From: Lama guanicoe
Lineage: Eukaryota
DNA length: 64,000 nucleotides
Assembly (NCBI GenBank): GCA_013239625.1
Contig: MU053594.1
Coordinates: 1,457,654-1,521,653, forward strand
Reading direction: 5' to 3'
In this document: piece by piece, positions 49,881 to 61,557 of the stretch
Layout: every line of letters begins with the position of its first letter
Position numbering within the stretch: position 1 is the first letter of the stretch
Notes under the pieces: model-generated
Told to the model about the DNA's origin: nothing
What the model saw: the letters and a program-made list of their open reading frames with translations, nothing else
The model's database searches: none
Program-made: the position numbers and the translations under genes

Positions 49881-50880
49881 TGGGGAGGAGATGAAGAAGG
49901 TTGAGTAGGAGGACATGAAACTCACCTCCCCCTACAAAGATAGCAAAAATGCTTCTACATGTAGAGCAATTTTCACTGGAAATTAACTGGAAACTGTCAG
50001 ACTCTTGTACAACAAAAGCTGTAAGAAAAGATCCACATGGAATCAGATACAAAGGGAAAAGAAGTGATCAGGTTGGGACCTGTGCCCCGGGAGGAGACTC
50101 CGGAAAAGGGAGATTATGTGGGCAGAGATTCACCCTGGGGAGTGAGCAATTCCAGCCACCTATTGGGAGGGAGCCCCAGCCATGGGGTCCCGCATAGAGA
50201 TGACAAGTGACTTGGGCTGGTAAGAGGGCCAGTGGGACTCACAGGAGGGCTGTGGGAAGCCTGGACTTCACTCCAGATTTGTACATGCACGCTTGCTCCT
50301 GAAGCAAGGTGGAGAGGGCAGACTGAAAACTGCTTACTTCAGGCTGCCTCGGCACGCACCACAGCCTGAGCCCAGCGATCGCTCCGGCCCAACATGCTTC
50401 ACAAAGCAGCTCAACGCTGGGCCCAGGGCTGGCCCATGAGACACAGAGGTGGGTCAGACGTCAATGGCATCTGAGCAGGGTGGGGCAGCCATGACTGGTG
50501 CTTACACACGCAGCGCATCAGAGGCAGCCCTGACCTCTGTCTGAGGCTGCACCACCACAGCTCGCACCCATCACTGTCATGAAATTGAATTCATAATTTA
50601 AAAAAAAAAATACTCCCAGCAAACAAATGACCAGGACCCTTCAGCTTTACAAAAGAATTCTACCAAACATTTTAAAAAGAGCTAATACCTATCCTCAAAC
50701 TATTCCAAAAAATGGAAGAGTTGGAAATACTCCCAAATTCATTCTGTGAGGCCACCATTACCCTGATACCAAAATCAGACAGACACAAAAAAATAAAGGA
50801 AGAAAGAAAAAAACTAATATTGCGGATGAATATAGATGCAAAAATACTCCGTAAAATACTAGCAAAAAAATGAAACAATT
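49881..50880 (+). mobile_element. L1 5'UTR joined directly to a mid-ORF2 fragment
   Basis: GAGTAGGAGGACATGAAACTCACCTCCCCCTACAAA..TCTACATGTAGAGC resembles a laurasiatherian L1 5' end. From 50580 the sequence is ORF2 (CCCAAATTCATTCTGTGAGGCCACCATTACCCTGATACCAAAA). Confidence 0.65.
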
Positions 50881-50889
50881 AAAACCTCA

Positions 50890-52100
50890 CTATATCACTC
50901 TTGCAAGAAACCTATCAAAACCATAAGGCTATAAAATGGTTGAAAGTAAAAGATAGCGTTTACATTGTTATTTGCTAAATAGTTATATAATACTAAACAC
51001 AAATTTTATGTATTTTTTACTATCACAATAAAAATTTTTAAAGTACATATTTAAATGCTTTCAATACTTAAAAGTAATCAGTGCCATAATTTAAAATAAG
51101 GCATACTTCCAAATCACTGAAGAATACAGACGCACATAAAACATGTTCCATATAGCTTAAGATAGGAAACAAAGAGAAAGCAAAGATGCATAAAAATATA
51201 AAGCATAAAATAGGTGGCAAATATAAAAAGAAACAAATCAATCATGAAATAAATATAAGGAGTTTAACTATCCTATTAAAATAAAAATATTCTCCAGTTG
51301 TGCCACAAATTCAGATCTCACTACATGCTGCCTATAAAAAAATTAACATACAGCAAAATAGCAAAAAAAAAAAAAGATGTGAAATAAAAGAATAAGTAAA
51401 GATTTTTTTCAGGAAAGTGTAAAATAATACAGCACAGAAATGGAAATATTAAATTCTGCAGAGGTTTTATTCCAAGCAAAAAGCATTCAACAAAACATAA
51501 AATGTTACTTCATATTTATAAAAATTATAATCCACAATGAAAATATAATGATCATAAATTTTTATATATTAAATAATTCAGCATCAAACTATAAAAAGCA
51601 AAAATTGTTGAAAACACAGGAAAATAGACACCATAATTGTGAATATTTAAACACAAACTCTTTCTTGATAAAGAAAACAAAGATAAGTAGACATACAGAG
51701 GGTTTGAATGATGAAATTAATAGAATGGGATTAACAGAAATACATCAAACAATGTACCCTGCAATCACCAAATGCACCTTCCTTTCATGTGCCTATGAAG
51801 TATTTATAAAGTTGATACTGAGCTACAAAGAAATCTTCAGTAAGTCCCTAAATGCATATATTGTGTTATAAAGCAACATTGGCTGACAACATAATAAAAC
51901 TAGGAATTAATAACAAAAATGTTTAGGCAAAAAAAAAACCTAGAAACTTAAAAACAGTTTCCTACATTAAATATCTCAAACAGAGAAAATTAAAAGTAAA
52001 TAATCAGATATACACAGATGTATGCTTAAGTCTTATTTATATTGTTGGAATAGTTGAATTACCTTTAAAACACAACAACAGAGGTATAGCAAAAAAATAT
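50890..52100 (+). mobile_element. Ancient L1 ORF2 endonuclease-region remnant
   Basis: ORF 51440-51871 (IHNENIMIINFYILNNSASNY..LTEIHQTMYP..CTFLSCAY) resembles a decayed L1 endonuclease domain. Confidence 0.7.
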
Positions 52101-52140
52101 TATACTTCTAATTAAGCTTTCTTTAGGAAGTTTTTCTAAG

Positions 52141-52143
<3 letters not shown>

Positions 52144-52182
<39 letters not shown>

Positions 52183-52295
52183 GGAGGTAATTAGGTTTAT
52201 TTATTTGTTTATTTAATGGAGGTACTGGGGACTGAACCCAGGACCTTGTGCACGCTAGGCATGCGCTCTATCACTGAGCTATACCCTCCCCCACC
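52144..52295 (-). mobile_element. Vic-1-type SINE with (TG)n microsatellite in its tail
   Basis: (TG)n at 52144-52179, then GGGGAGGTAATTAGGTTTATTT, then TGGAGGTACTGGGGACTGAACCCAGG..CACTGAGCTATACCCTCCCC. TSD TTTCTAAGAA on both sides. Confidence 0.9.
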
Positions 52296-52436
52296 TTTCT
52301 AAGAATTTTAATGGTATGAAAAAAAAACTCATGATATGATATTAATGGTTAAAGAATGGTATTGAGTTTTACATATATATTACATCCCATAATTATTTTA
52401 GACAACATCAAATATATACCATATGTGTATGATGTA

Positions 52437-52869
52437 TGTTATGGACTGAATATTTGTGTCCTGCAAAATTCTTATGTTAAAGTTCTAAACACCAGTTTAG
52501 TGGATGTATTTGAAGATGGGGCCTCTAAGGAAGTAATTAAGGTTAAATGAGGTCATCGGAGTAGGGCTCAGATCCAACAGAATCAGTGTCTTATAAGAAG
52601 AGATGCCAGAAATCTCTCTTTCTCTCTCTCTCTCTAAACCCCTACCCTCCACATGCAGGAAGGCAGGCAGACACCAAGGAAATGCACACATGAGAACAGT
52701 GAGAAGGTGGCCTTCTGCAACCCAAGGGGAACGTTGTCCCCAGACACCAACCCTCCTGGCATCTTGATCTTGGGATTCTAGCTGCCAGAACTGTGAACAA
52801 TTAATTTCTGTGGTTTTTAGGCCACCTAGTCTTGTGATATTTTGTTACGCAGCCCAAGAGATTAAGACA
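52437..52869 (+). mobile_element. MLT1A-like MaLR solo LTR
   Basis: TGTTATGGACTGAATATTTGTGTCC..GTAATTAAGGTTAAATGAGGTCAT..CCAGAACTGTGA..GCCACCTAGTC..TTGTTACGCAGCCC..TAAGACA (TG..CA). Confidence 0.85.
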
Positions 52870-53222
52870 GCATTAAACAGCCTAAAGGAAATGCAGCAAA
52901 CCCTTGACCCGCGAGACCTTGCTGGGTTGTGTAGGGTTACTTTTTTTATGCTCTATTGTGATTTTCATAATTAGAGGGTGGATGTAAAATCAACAAAAGA
53001 AAGAAAAAAGACTGTGGCTTTCTACCAAGAAAAGGCTGAATCTGCATTCGTATTACTTGCACACATGGCTGGGAAAAATTGCTTTTGGGTAGTTGACACT
53101 GGACACCTGGTCAAGGAAAAATTATATGGAAGCTAAAGACTTGATAACTTGGAATAAGATGATGGAGGAGACTCTTCTGCTTTCCTTTGCTCTCCTTAAA
53201 GTTTTTTTTAAGTTTTTAATAA

Positions 53223-53230
53223 GGATAGAT

Positions 53231-53275
<45 letters not shown>
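53223..53275. repeat. (GATA)n tetranucleotide microsatellite
   Basis: Directly visible GATA/TAGA run. Confidence 0.95.
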
Positions 53276-53751
53276 GAAGAAAGAAATATATACAGTTATG
53301 TATAGACATATATCTGCCAAGTGTTTTCATTAAATTTTCTCATTTAAACTCTGTAATGTCTATGCTGCCAGAAAGACTATTAGATATTATAGCCATTTAA
53401 CAGATTAGAAGACTAAGTCTCAGAGAAGTTAGGGCAATGACAAAGCTGGCACACAAACTCTGGTTCTGTGATGTTGGATCCAGTATTCTTCCCATGTCAA
53501 ACTGCCTGAAAGTGTTTCTGGCTTAGAAGCAACTTCGGAATTTCCTGCTCAATGTTGGAGGAAGGCTAAGATTGGACATGGAGTTTCTATGCCCTGCTAA
53601 ACATTTCACTGGGCCTCGTGTCTTAAATATTGTCTCAAATGTGTATTCTTGTGAAAAATTTGTTTCTGACCAATATTTAAAGAACACGGGTGATCCTCTG
53701 ACTCCAAAATTCAGAGGTATCTTTATTTAGAAACCAGGCCAGGTGGACACA

Positions 53752-53867
53752 GGACTTATTGTGGTGATCATTTTGTATTGTGTAAAAATATCAAATCATT
53801 ATGTTGTATACCTGAAACTAATATAATATTGTAAGTCAATGATACTTCAGTTTAAAAAAAAAAAAAA
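53752..53867 (+). mobile_element. Short L1 3' tail
   Basis: GACTTATTGTGGTGATCATTTTG..GTTGTATACCTGAAACTAATATAATATTGTAAGTCAAT plus poly(A). CAGGCCA is repeated on both flanks. Confidence 0.8.
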
Positions 53868-54194
53868 CAGGCCAAGAGGTAGTGTAGACATATCCTTAAC
53901 ACACAACTCCTGACTCCACTGCCTACCTGCTGCGTAACCTTGAATAGGTTCTAAATCTTTGTGAGCCTCAATTTCCTCATCTATATAATGGGGTTAGTGA
54001 TAATAGCACAGTGAAGATTATTAATATATGCATATTTGCCAGCACAGAGCAGGCCCTTAGTAAAAGAAGCTATATTTTCCCTTTTATAGTATTTAGAGAG
54101 AACATTTCCATTTACAAACCATTTCACATAAATTATCTAATCAAAGTCTCAAAGTCCCATTTCACAAATGATGAAATGAAAGCTTCAACAAGAA

Positions 54195-54470
54195 CATTCT
54201 ATTGTATATATAGACCACATCTTCTTTACCCATACTTCCATCAGTGGACACTTAGGTCATTTCTGTGTTTCAGCTATTGTAAATAATGCTGCAGTGAACA
54301 TGGGGGTGCAGATCTTTCTGAGAAGTTGATTTTGGTTCCTTCAGATAAATGCCCAGAAGCGGGGTTGCTGGCTCCCATGACAGTTCTGTTTTTCATTTTT
54401 TGAGAAGCCTCCATACTTTTTCCACCGTGGAGGCACCATTTCGTTTCCCACCAACAGGTGCAGCGCCATC
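54195..54470 (-). mobile_element. L1 ORF2 3' fragment
   Basis: GGACACTTAGG..GCTATTGTAAATAATGCTGCAGTGAACATGGGGGTGCAGAT..CCTCCATACTTTTTCCAC. Confidence 0.8.
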
Positions 54471-55921
54471 TTGACTCTTCCTCGGACTCTGATGCTGGTT
54501 GCACCGAGCCTCCCTGCCTCACCCAGCACAGCGTCACAGCCTCCAATAACACAAGAGCACGTCATCCAGAAGAGGCACCCCGAGGCTCTTCTCGACTGAT
54601 TGGGAATTTTCTGACACTTTAACTCTGGTAGATGATGACTGATCCAACACAAGCTCAGCTAATTAGACACATTTTGTCCTGATGGGAAGGGTTATTTCCG
54701 ACTCCGTTCCCTGCCTTCCTGCACCACTTGGGCCAGGGTCCTATCTGAGCCCCTCAAAGAAGCTGGAGACAGTGTTGCATAGCACGTGGCTCCCAAAACT
54801 GCCTGACTATCAGCTGGTTCCCCTTCTAAAATTACAACACCACAAGACCCCTCCCCAAAGTCATCATTTACTAGGCCTGGAATGGCAGTCCGGAAACAGA
54901 ATTTTTTCAAGTTCAAAAATTCAAATGGCTCACTACATACCTATTAGAATGACTAAAATTTAAAAGCCTGACCACACCAAGGGCAGCAGGGGTGCGGAGC
55001 CACTGGAACGCGTGCACACTGCTGAGAATTTAAGAGTTAAGCATATATTTATTTGTACACCAGCCCTTTCACACCCAGATATTTACCTAAGAAAAACAAA
55101 AATGAAAATGAAGAAAAGCTATACATGAATGAACACATCAGCTTTATTTGTAATGTATGTACACACACACACACACATACACACATACACATATCATGTC
55201 AAAATTCATCAAATTGCATACTTTAAATATGTGCAGTTTATTGTATCTCAATTTTTTAAACATCTAATTGGCCTGCCAGGGAGGAATCAACTTGATCCAA
55301 ATGAGAAGCTGTTGGGCTTCAGTCAGTGACCCCATACACGCCCCCCCTGCACCACCCCCACCACCTGCCAGGTGGCACCGATCTCAATTGTGTACTTTAA
55401 GCGCCACCTTATCTGCCCTCAGATCAGCCTCAAACTAACTCTTTAGACAAAGATCTAAAATAAACATGAACTTAAAAAATAAATTTACACTAAATATTTT
55501 TATTTTGGGTATTTCTGTTAACTCCTTTACCAGCTGGCTGGTAACCAAGGACTCTGGAGAAAAGACATTTGCTGCTGTGCACGCGAGCACAGCAGCAAAC
55601 CCCTACGCAGCTTCCTGGGCATGGCACAGGGCTAGGTTCCCCGGGATAGAGGGGGGCAGGGCGGGAAGGGACCGGAGAAGAATGAATAGGACACAATCCT
55701 GCCCCAGAGGTAATGTGCCATAGTGGCTCAGAGTTTGGGCTCAGCATTCTGACAGCGAAATCAATGGCTTGGCAGCAGTAAGAAAAACACCACATTAAAT
55801 AACTGAATTTTTCACTTTTCAGATAATGAGATTGTATCACATTGACAGACAGAGGTTGGCACCAAATTAAATTAGCACGATGCTCTCCATGAACAGAGCC
55901 GGAATATTGTCCGGCAGATGA

Positions 55922-55960
55922 CAGCGCCTTGCCCAGCGCCTTGCCCAGTGCCTTGCCCAG
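55922..55960. repeat. 12-bp tandem repeat, three copies
   Basis: CAGCGCCTTGCC CAGCGCCTTGCC CAGTGCCTTGCC CAG. Confidence 0.9.
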
Positions 55961-56387
55961 GAAGTGTGAATAGGGAAATCTCACGAGAGACTGTATGGGA
56001 AAGGACGGCTCAGGGTGTCAGGTGTGGCGGGGAGAAAGTGACCGAAGATAGACCTGAAAAGGACCTTGGATTTTTAAACAGGAGCAGGGGCACGACTGGA
56101 TATACGTTTTAGACAAATAAATCTAGAAGATGGATTGGAGCTGGGATGAGACTGAGTCCCAGCAGACAATTAGGAGGCTTTTGCAATCACCCAAGACAGG
56201 GCTGATGGAGCGCTGACCCTCAGGGAGGGAAAATTAATCACATGGAAGGAAGAAAACAGCTTAATTTGGTTAGCTTCTCTGGACCCCTTTTAAGAACAAA
56301 TAAAAAGTTGAATTCATCTACTAATTCAGTTAAGAACAAGTAACAAATTGTATGCAATAAATACAGAGATATTTTGAATACACTTAA

Positions 56388-56879
56388 TGCCAGGAAAGGC
56401 AGTCTCATGTGTACCCTCTTTCAACCCCTACGCAGCTGCCTGAGAATGGGCTGCGGGCCTGGAACATTGCCTTGCCGAGACAAAGCACCCTCACAATTTG
56501 TACTGAACATGTCACCTTGTGTGGGATTATCTTTCCCTGCTTCAAACTCAGTGTGTGTTCCTTTGTTCTGCATAAGCATGTGTGTCATGTGGCACCTGGC
56601 CAACCCCACTGCTATATCTGTCCCCTGTGGGGAAGAGCCAGGGTCCTGCTGCTGCAGCACAACAGGGGTACAGGCGGGCCACCCCTGCTGAAAAGAGCCT
56701 GCTGGCCATTGGAGACTAATGCTCACGATCGGAGCTGACCTTGCTCTGTTTCTTTTCTGTGCAAGTAAAGCATTGTTCCATCCAGTGCTTGATGGGTTGT
56801 GTTTTCCTTGGTGTTTCTGATACCAAGAAAGTACTCAGATCACTTCCAGGTGATAGGTAACAGAAGCCACTGCTCAACA
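56388..56879 (+). mobile_element. Solo LTR, probably ERVL class
   Basis: TG..CA termini; perfect 5-bp TSD CTTAA at 56383-56387 and 56880-56884; TATA-like CTATATC and AGTAAA poly(A)-like signal at about 56764. Confidence 0.8.
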
Positions 56880-57719
56880 CTTAAAATCAATATTGTAACC
56901 AGTTAGGGATGAAAGAGGAGGAGGAGGAAGAACACCAAGTTGTTGCCACAGGGCAGGTGCAAGAAGGTGAGGAATTGAACCAAGATACTGAGATTGAAAA
57001 TGGAGAGAAGGACACAGGTTTGAAAACTGCTTAGAAGATCAGTGGGATGGACATGATGGTTTGCTGAATAAGGAATGTATTATTCATGTCAATCAGTGTC
57101 TTCTATTCCCTCTTCCCCTATTAGGATAACACATCATTTGGGGGGACTGACGTGGCCATATTTCCTATCACATTGACCTACTGCTCCTTTTTCAGGTGCT
57201 CGGAGAGGGATGAGTACTGAGATAAGGGAAGCCTTTAAATAGGCTGACAAAGACCTTGCAACGTGGCCCAGTGTGAGAGGACCAGCTGGGCCAGTCTGAT
57301 TCCTGATCCTAGGGTCCAAAACATCGAAGACAGAGAAAACCAGGTCATGAACAGTAGGACTAGAGGCCCCAGTGAGATCAAGTAGAGGCTACATGAAGGA
57401 GGAAGGAGGGTTAGAACCATGAGCAAGCCAAAGTTATGAGGATAATCTATGATGTAGAGAAAAGATACAGGATGGAGGAAAAGAATAAGCAAGCTAATCG
57501 TCAGAGGTGAATACGGGAGAGACGCTGGAGTTACACTGGCCAGGAAGTTCTACAAATGGCAAGTCCTGAGGTTTCTAGAGCTGCCTTGGGTCCATTTGCA
57601 CTTCTTATGAGGCCTGACCCATTTCCATGAGAGCCCACCTCCATCTCTGTCCAAATACGATCCTTTCGCTTGAGGTAACTTGGCCGTGTTTCTGTTCCTT
57701 GGCCACCAAAGACGTAACT

Positions 57720-58280
57720 AGAATAAGGAGAGTAAGAAGAAAGGAGGTTGAGAATGACCTCCAGGTTTCTAGCTTGGGTGAACAGGTAATTACTGGTGTC
57801 ATCAACTGAAATAGAAAATCTCACAGCAGGAACAAGGTTAGAAAGGAGAATGATACGTTTATCCTTGGGCACCTTGAATTCGAGATGACTATGGGCCTTT
57901 TAGGTAGGGGCATCCAGCAGAGTTTGTCATAGATCTGAAGTCTGGGGAATAGTTTTGAGCTAGAGACGGAGATTTCATCTCCATCAGCATATAGTAAATA
58001 ACTAAAATGATGAGTGTGGATGAGACCAACTGGGGCAAGCATGTTGCAATGCAGTGAGCTGAGGTTGAAACCTAGGGGAGCATCAGTATTCCAGTGGCAG
58101 AAGGAGCCCCAAGTGAGTCACAGGAGGACAGGTCGGAAATACACAGAGGACGAGGGGGAAACAGCACACAGAAGCCAAAGAATAGTTTCAAGGAGGATGC
58201 AAACTGAAATGTGAAATGCAACAAGGAAGTTGATAAGATAAGAATGAAAGAGAGTCCACTGGGTTTGGAAATTAGAAAAC
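57720..58280 (-). mobile_element. L2 fragment
   Basis: GAATGACCTCCAGGTTTCTAGCTTGGGTGAAC..TTTGAGCTAGAGAC..CATCAGCATATAG. Similar L2 relics at about 31600-32230 and 39930-40560. Confidence 0.65.
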
Positions 58281-58549
58281 TACAGCAAAAGTGCCTGCAA
58301 TGAAGATGGACAGTTGGAAGATTACAACAAATTGCAACAAGTATCGGGCCTCATACCAAAGTTTCACAGGAAGAGCTCGTAATTAAGGCAGAAGCATTTT
58401 GAGAGAACTTCCCTATATATTCTAAATTTAGGAGAGAAATGTGTATGTAAATGTGTGTGTTTCCCAAAGAAATGATTAAAAATTAAAAGTTTACCTATCA
58501 AAATTATCCCTGAAAAGTGACCTAAAGTCATGAGACCCACAGGGTCCTC

Positions 58550-60750
58550 AGGGCAACAGGACAAGAAATAAGCAGTGGCGGCTGGGGTTTTAATCGTGTA
58601 AAAGAATATGAATTAAATGTGCCTGAAAGATGACAAAGGACTGGAGCTTGTCCCCCTGCATGAAGCCCAGAACTGGGACCATGTACCCACCTAAAATTGG
58701 AAGCTTAAATGGTGATTAAAATGAGCTGCTTTTTCATGTTTCAAAGGTAATGAAAAAAAAAGTTTGAAAATTAAAAGGGTAGAAACTGCTACGCCAACCA
58801 TCAGTTAAATAAGGTTGTTTGAACACATAAATTTATCTCTTCTCCTTCCCAATATCATAATAAAATGAGAATAAAGAATTAAAAAATGCTATAAACCCAC
58901 AAGGACAAAGAGAATAGAAGATGAGAGATGGCACCAGAAGATGGATGACACAAAAGAGGGGAAGGCATTAACAGCCCCGAGAAGGCTGAACACCAAGTGC
59001 AGCTAGAGGAGGCGGCCAGTGTCAAACCATGACACTGAACACTGGAAAGTCTGCATGTTCTGTAGCACTGGTAGCCTCGGAAGGTGGGGTTTAGGACTGA
59101 AAAAGATGGACTAAATAGAAGTTCAAAAAGTAGATCTCCAAGTATTCTTCCCCACCCCGTTACAGAGCCAGGCAACAAACTCTCCCCATCCCAGAAGGGA
59201 TGGATGATTCATTCTGTGGTAAAACTCAGCCAAGGAGCTCCGTATTCAAGGACACCAGGCCAATAAAAGAGTGGAGGACAGATGCCTAATTAAAGTCAGG
59301 ATTTGGTGAAAGTAAGATTTCCAACCCCCTTTCATCACTTTGCTTCAAGATACAATCCTAAGTGAATAGATTCCAGACAGGAAATTGGTGGATTCTTTGA
59401 GGAAACTGAATGTCCTAGAAGAACAAACCTACCTATACCGATGTCTGTGAGTTTCAAAATAAAGCATCAGGGTCCTCACCTGACTGCCCCCTAGTGACGC
59501 ACACCAGTCAGCAAGGACCACCCATAATCGAGCTCTCCTCAGTGCCTCACTCTTAAATAGGAAGAGTCAACCAGGGGCATCAAGACTTTTGAAGAAATCC
59601 TCCAGGATGAAAAAGGAGACCAAATCAATCAGAAAAAAAGTAAAATGGAGACAATGAACAGAGGGCGAGAAATTTTTTAAAAACTGTAACATTTTCAGAG
59701 AAATAAGAGGAGATTATACTCATGGCATAAGAACAGACAAAAATAGGTTACTATAAAAAGGAACAGAGAATAATAAAAGGTCTTGAAAAAATTTAATATA
59801 GTAATTGAAATAAGAGAAAAATCAATAGAAAGATTGAAAGATAAAGTTGAAGATTTATTCCCCAAAATAGAACAAAAAGACAAAGAAATAAAAAGTAGAA
59901 GAGATAAGATCAGTCCAGGAGGCTTGACATCAAAATATCCAAAAAGAAAGAACAGAAAAGCAGAGGGGATAAAGCTATTTTTTAAAAATACTGTTTTCAA
60001 GTTCCCCAAAACAAAGGATAGAAGTTTCCAGATTAAAAATTACACCCTGTATTTCATGAAGCTTTTTAAAAACTATATTTTAAAAAAAACTATACTAAAG
60101 CACATAAATTTTGAAATCTTACAAGATCAAGGCTAAAAGAAAAGTTCTCAAAAGGCTACACCAGGGGGGAAATAAGTAATTTACAGTCTATTTAGAATCA
60201 GCTCCACAGGAAAGCTAGAATGCAACAGAACATGTCTTCACAAATCAGAGGGAAAATTATTTCAGTCTAGAACCTATACTCAAACTGTCATTCAAGTGGG
60301 CAGTCAAGAGTAGAATAAAGGTAATTGCAGAAAGCGAGGTTTCAAAAAAAAATCTACTTTTCCAGCACCCTCTCTTGGGAAGTAACTGGAGAATATATCC
60401 ATCGAAAAGAGGAAACAAACAAAGGGAAAGAATATACAACACATAAGAAGCAGAGGAGGAGACCAAGGAGCAGAAGACGGTTGCCCAGCAGAGCCTGAGA
60501 GCAGCTAGGGCAGAGCGGGGCAGGAGGGGAGGAAAGGGGAATGGGGAGGAAGAGCAGGTGTAGATTACCTGGTGTGTTTCACTGCCTGGAATGGGTTTTA
60601 CAACTTTTTTGGAGTGTTTGGGTAATATCTGTGATATGCCACATAGCTAACTAAGTAAACAAAAATGCAATCATACAAAGTAAACAAAAATGCAGTTATA
60701 CATGTCTCAACATGAATTGTTTTCAAGAATAAAATATTAAAAAGCAAGTC
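58550..60750 (+). mobile_element. Ancient L1ME/HAL1-like 5'UTR-ORF1 remnant
   Basis: ORF 59783-60136 (SIERLKDKVEDLFPKIEQKDKE..FPKTKDRSFQI) is an ORF1-like coiled coil. TCTAGAACCTATACTCAAACTGTCATTCAAG is an ORF1 C-terminal motif. Confidence 0.65.
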
Positions 60751-60862
60751 CCAGTGTTACCCCAAAAGGTAAAGACCCCGGTTCTTATCATACCCAGTCG
60801 GGAGACGATCAATGCATTGTGTAGCGAAAGATTTTAAAAGATTTATTTAAAAGGAAAGGAAA

Positions 60863-61166
60863 CTGAAACAGACTCAGACATCGAATACAAACTTATGGTT
60901 GCCCGGGAGGAAGGGGGTGGGAAGGAACAGACTGGGAGTTCAAGATTTGTAGTTACTGACTGGTATATATAGAATAGATAAACAAGTTTATACTGTATAG
61001 CACAGGGAAATAAATACAAGATCTTGTAGTAGCTCACGGTGAAAAAGAATATGAAAATGAATATATGTATATTCATGTATGACTGAAAAATTGTGCTGTA
61101 CACCAGAAATTGACACAACATTGTAAACTGACTATAACTCAATAAAAAAAATTTTTAAATAAATAG
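60863..61166 (+). mobile_element. Young L1 3' end
   Basis: CAGACTCAGACATCGAATACAAACTTATGGTTGCC..GTAAACTGACTATAACTCAATAAAAAAA. TSD AAGGAAAGGAAA at 60851-60862 and 61167-61178. Confidence 0.92.
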
Positions 61167-61343
61167 AAGGAAAGGAAAAGTACACCCCCAAGAATGGGAG
61201 GTGGGCTGATCCAAGGCAGGAAAAAGCTGCAGTTTTTGTCTCCCCACTTTCTCTTATACCCTCACTTAGACGTGGTCTCTTGATTGATTGACGGCTCTTG
61301 TCCCTGGAAGGCTTAGTCGTGTTTGGCCCCTTCCGCATATGTC

Positions 61344-61557
61344 TTTTTTTTTTTTTTTTTACATTTTTATTGATTCATAATCATTTTACAGTGTTGTGTC
61401 AAATTCCAGTGTTCAGTACAATTTTTCAGTCATACATGGACATATACACACTCATTGTCACATTTTTTTCTCTGTGATTTATCATAACATTTTGTGTATA
61501 TTTCCCTGTGCTATACAGTGTAATCTTGTTTATCTGTTCTACAATTTTGAAATCCCA
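61344..61557 (-). mobile_element. Young L1 3' end (different subfamily)
   Basis: Pure T run at 61344-61360; GTTGTGTCAAATTCCAGTGTTCAGTACAATTTTTCAGTCATACATG. TSD CATATGTC(TTT) at 61336 and 61558. Confidence 0.92.

Noticed and set aside
51440..51871. 143-aa ORF as a host gene
   Set aside because: It is a decayed L1 endonuclease-region sequence within an L1 mosaic.
491..52295. tRNA-Ala genes at the six tRNA-like loci
   Set aside because: They have A-rich tails, mostly with TSDs, plus stem-breaking substitutions and shared non-tRNA extensions, so they are SINE copies.
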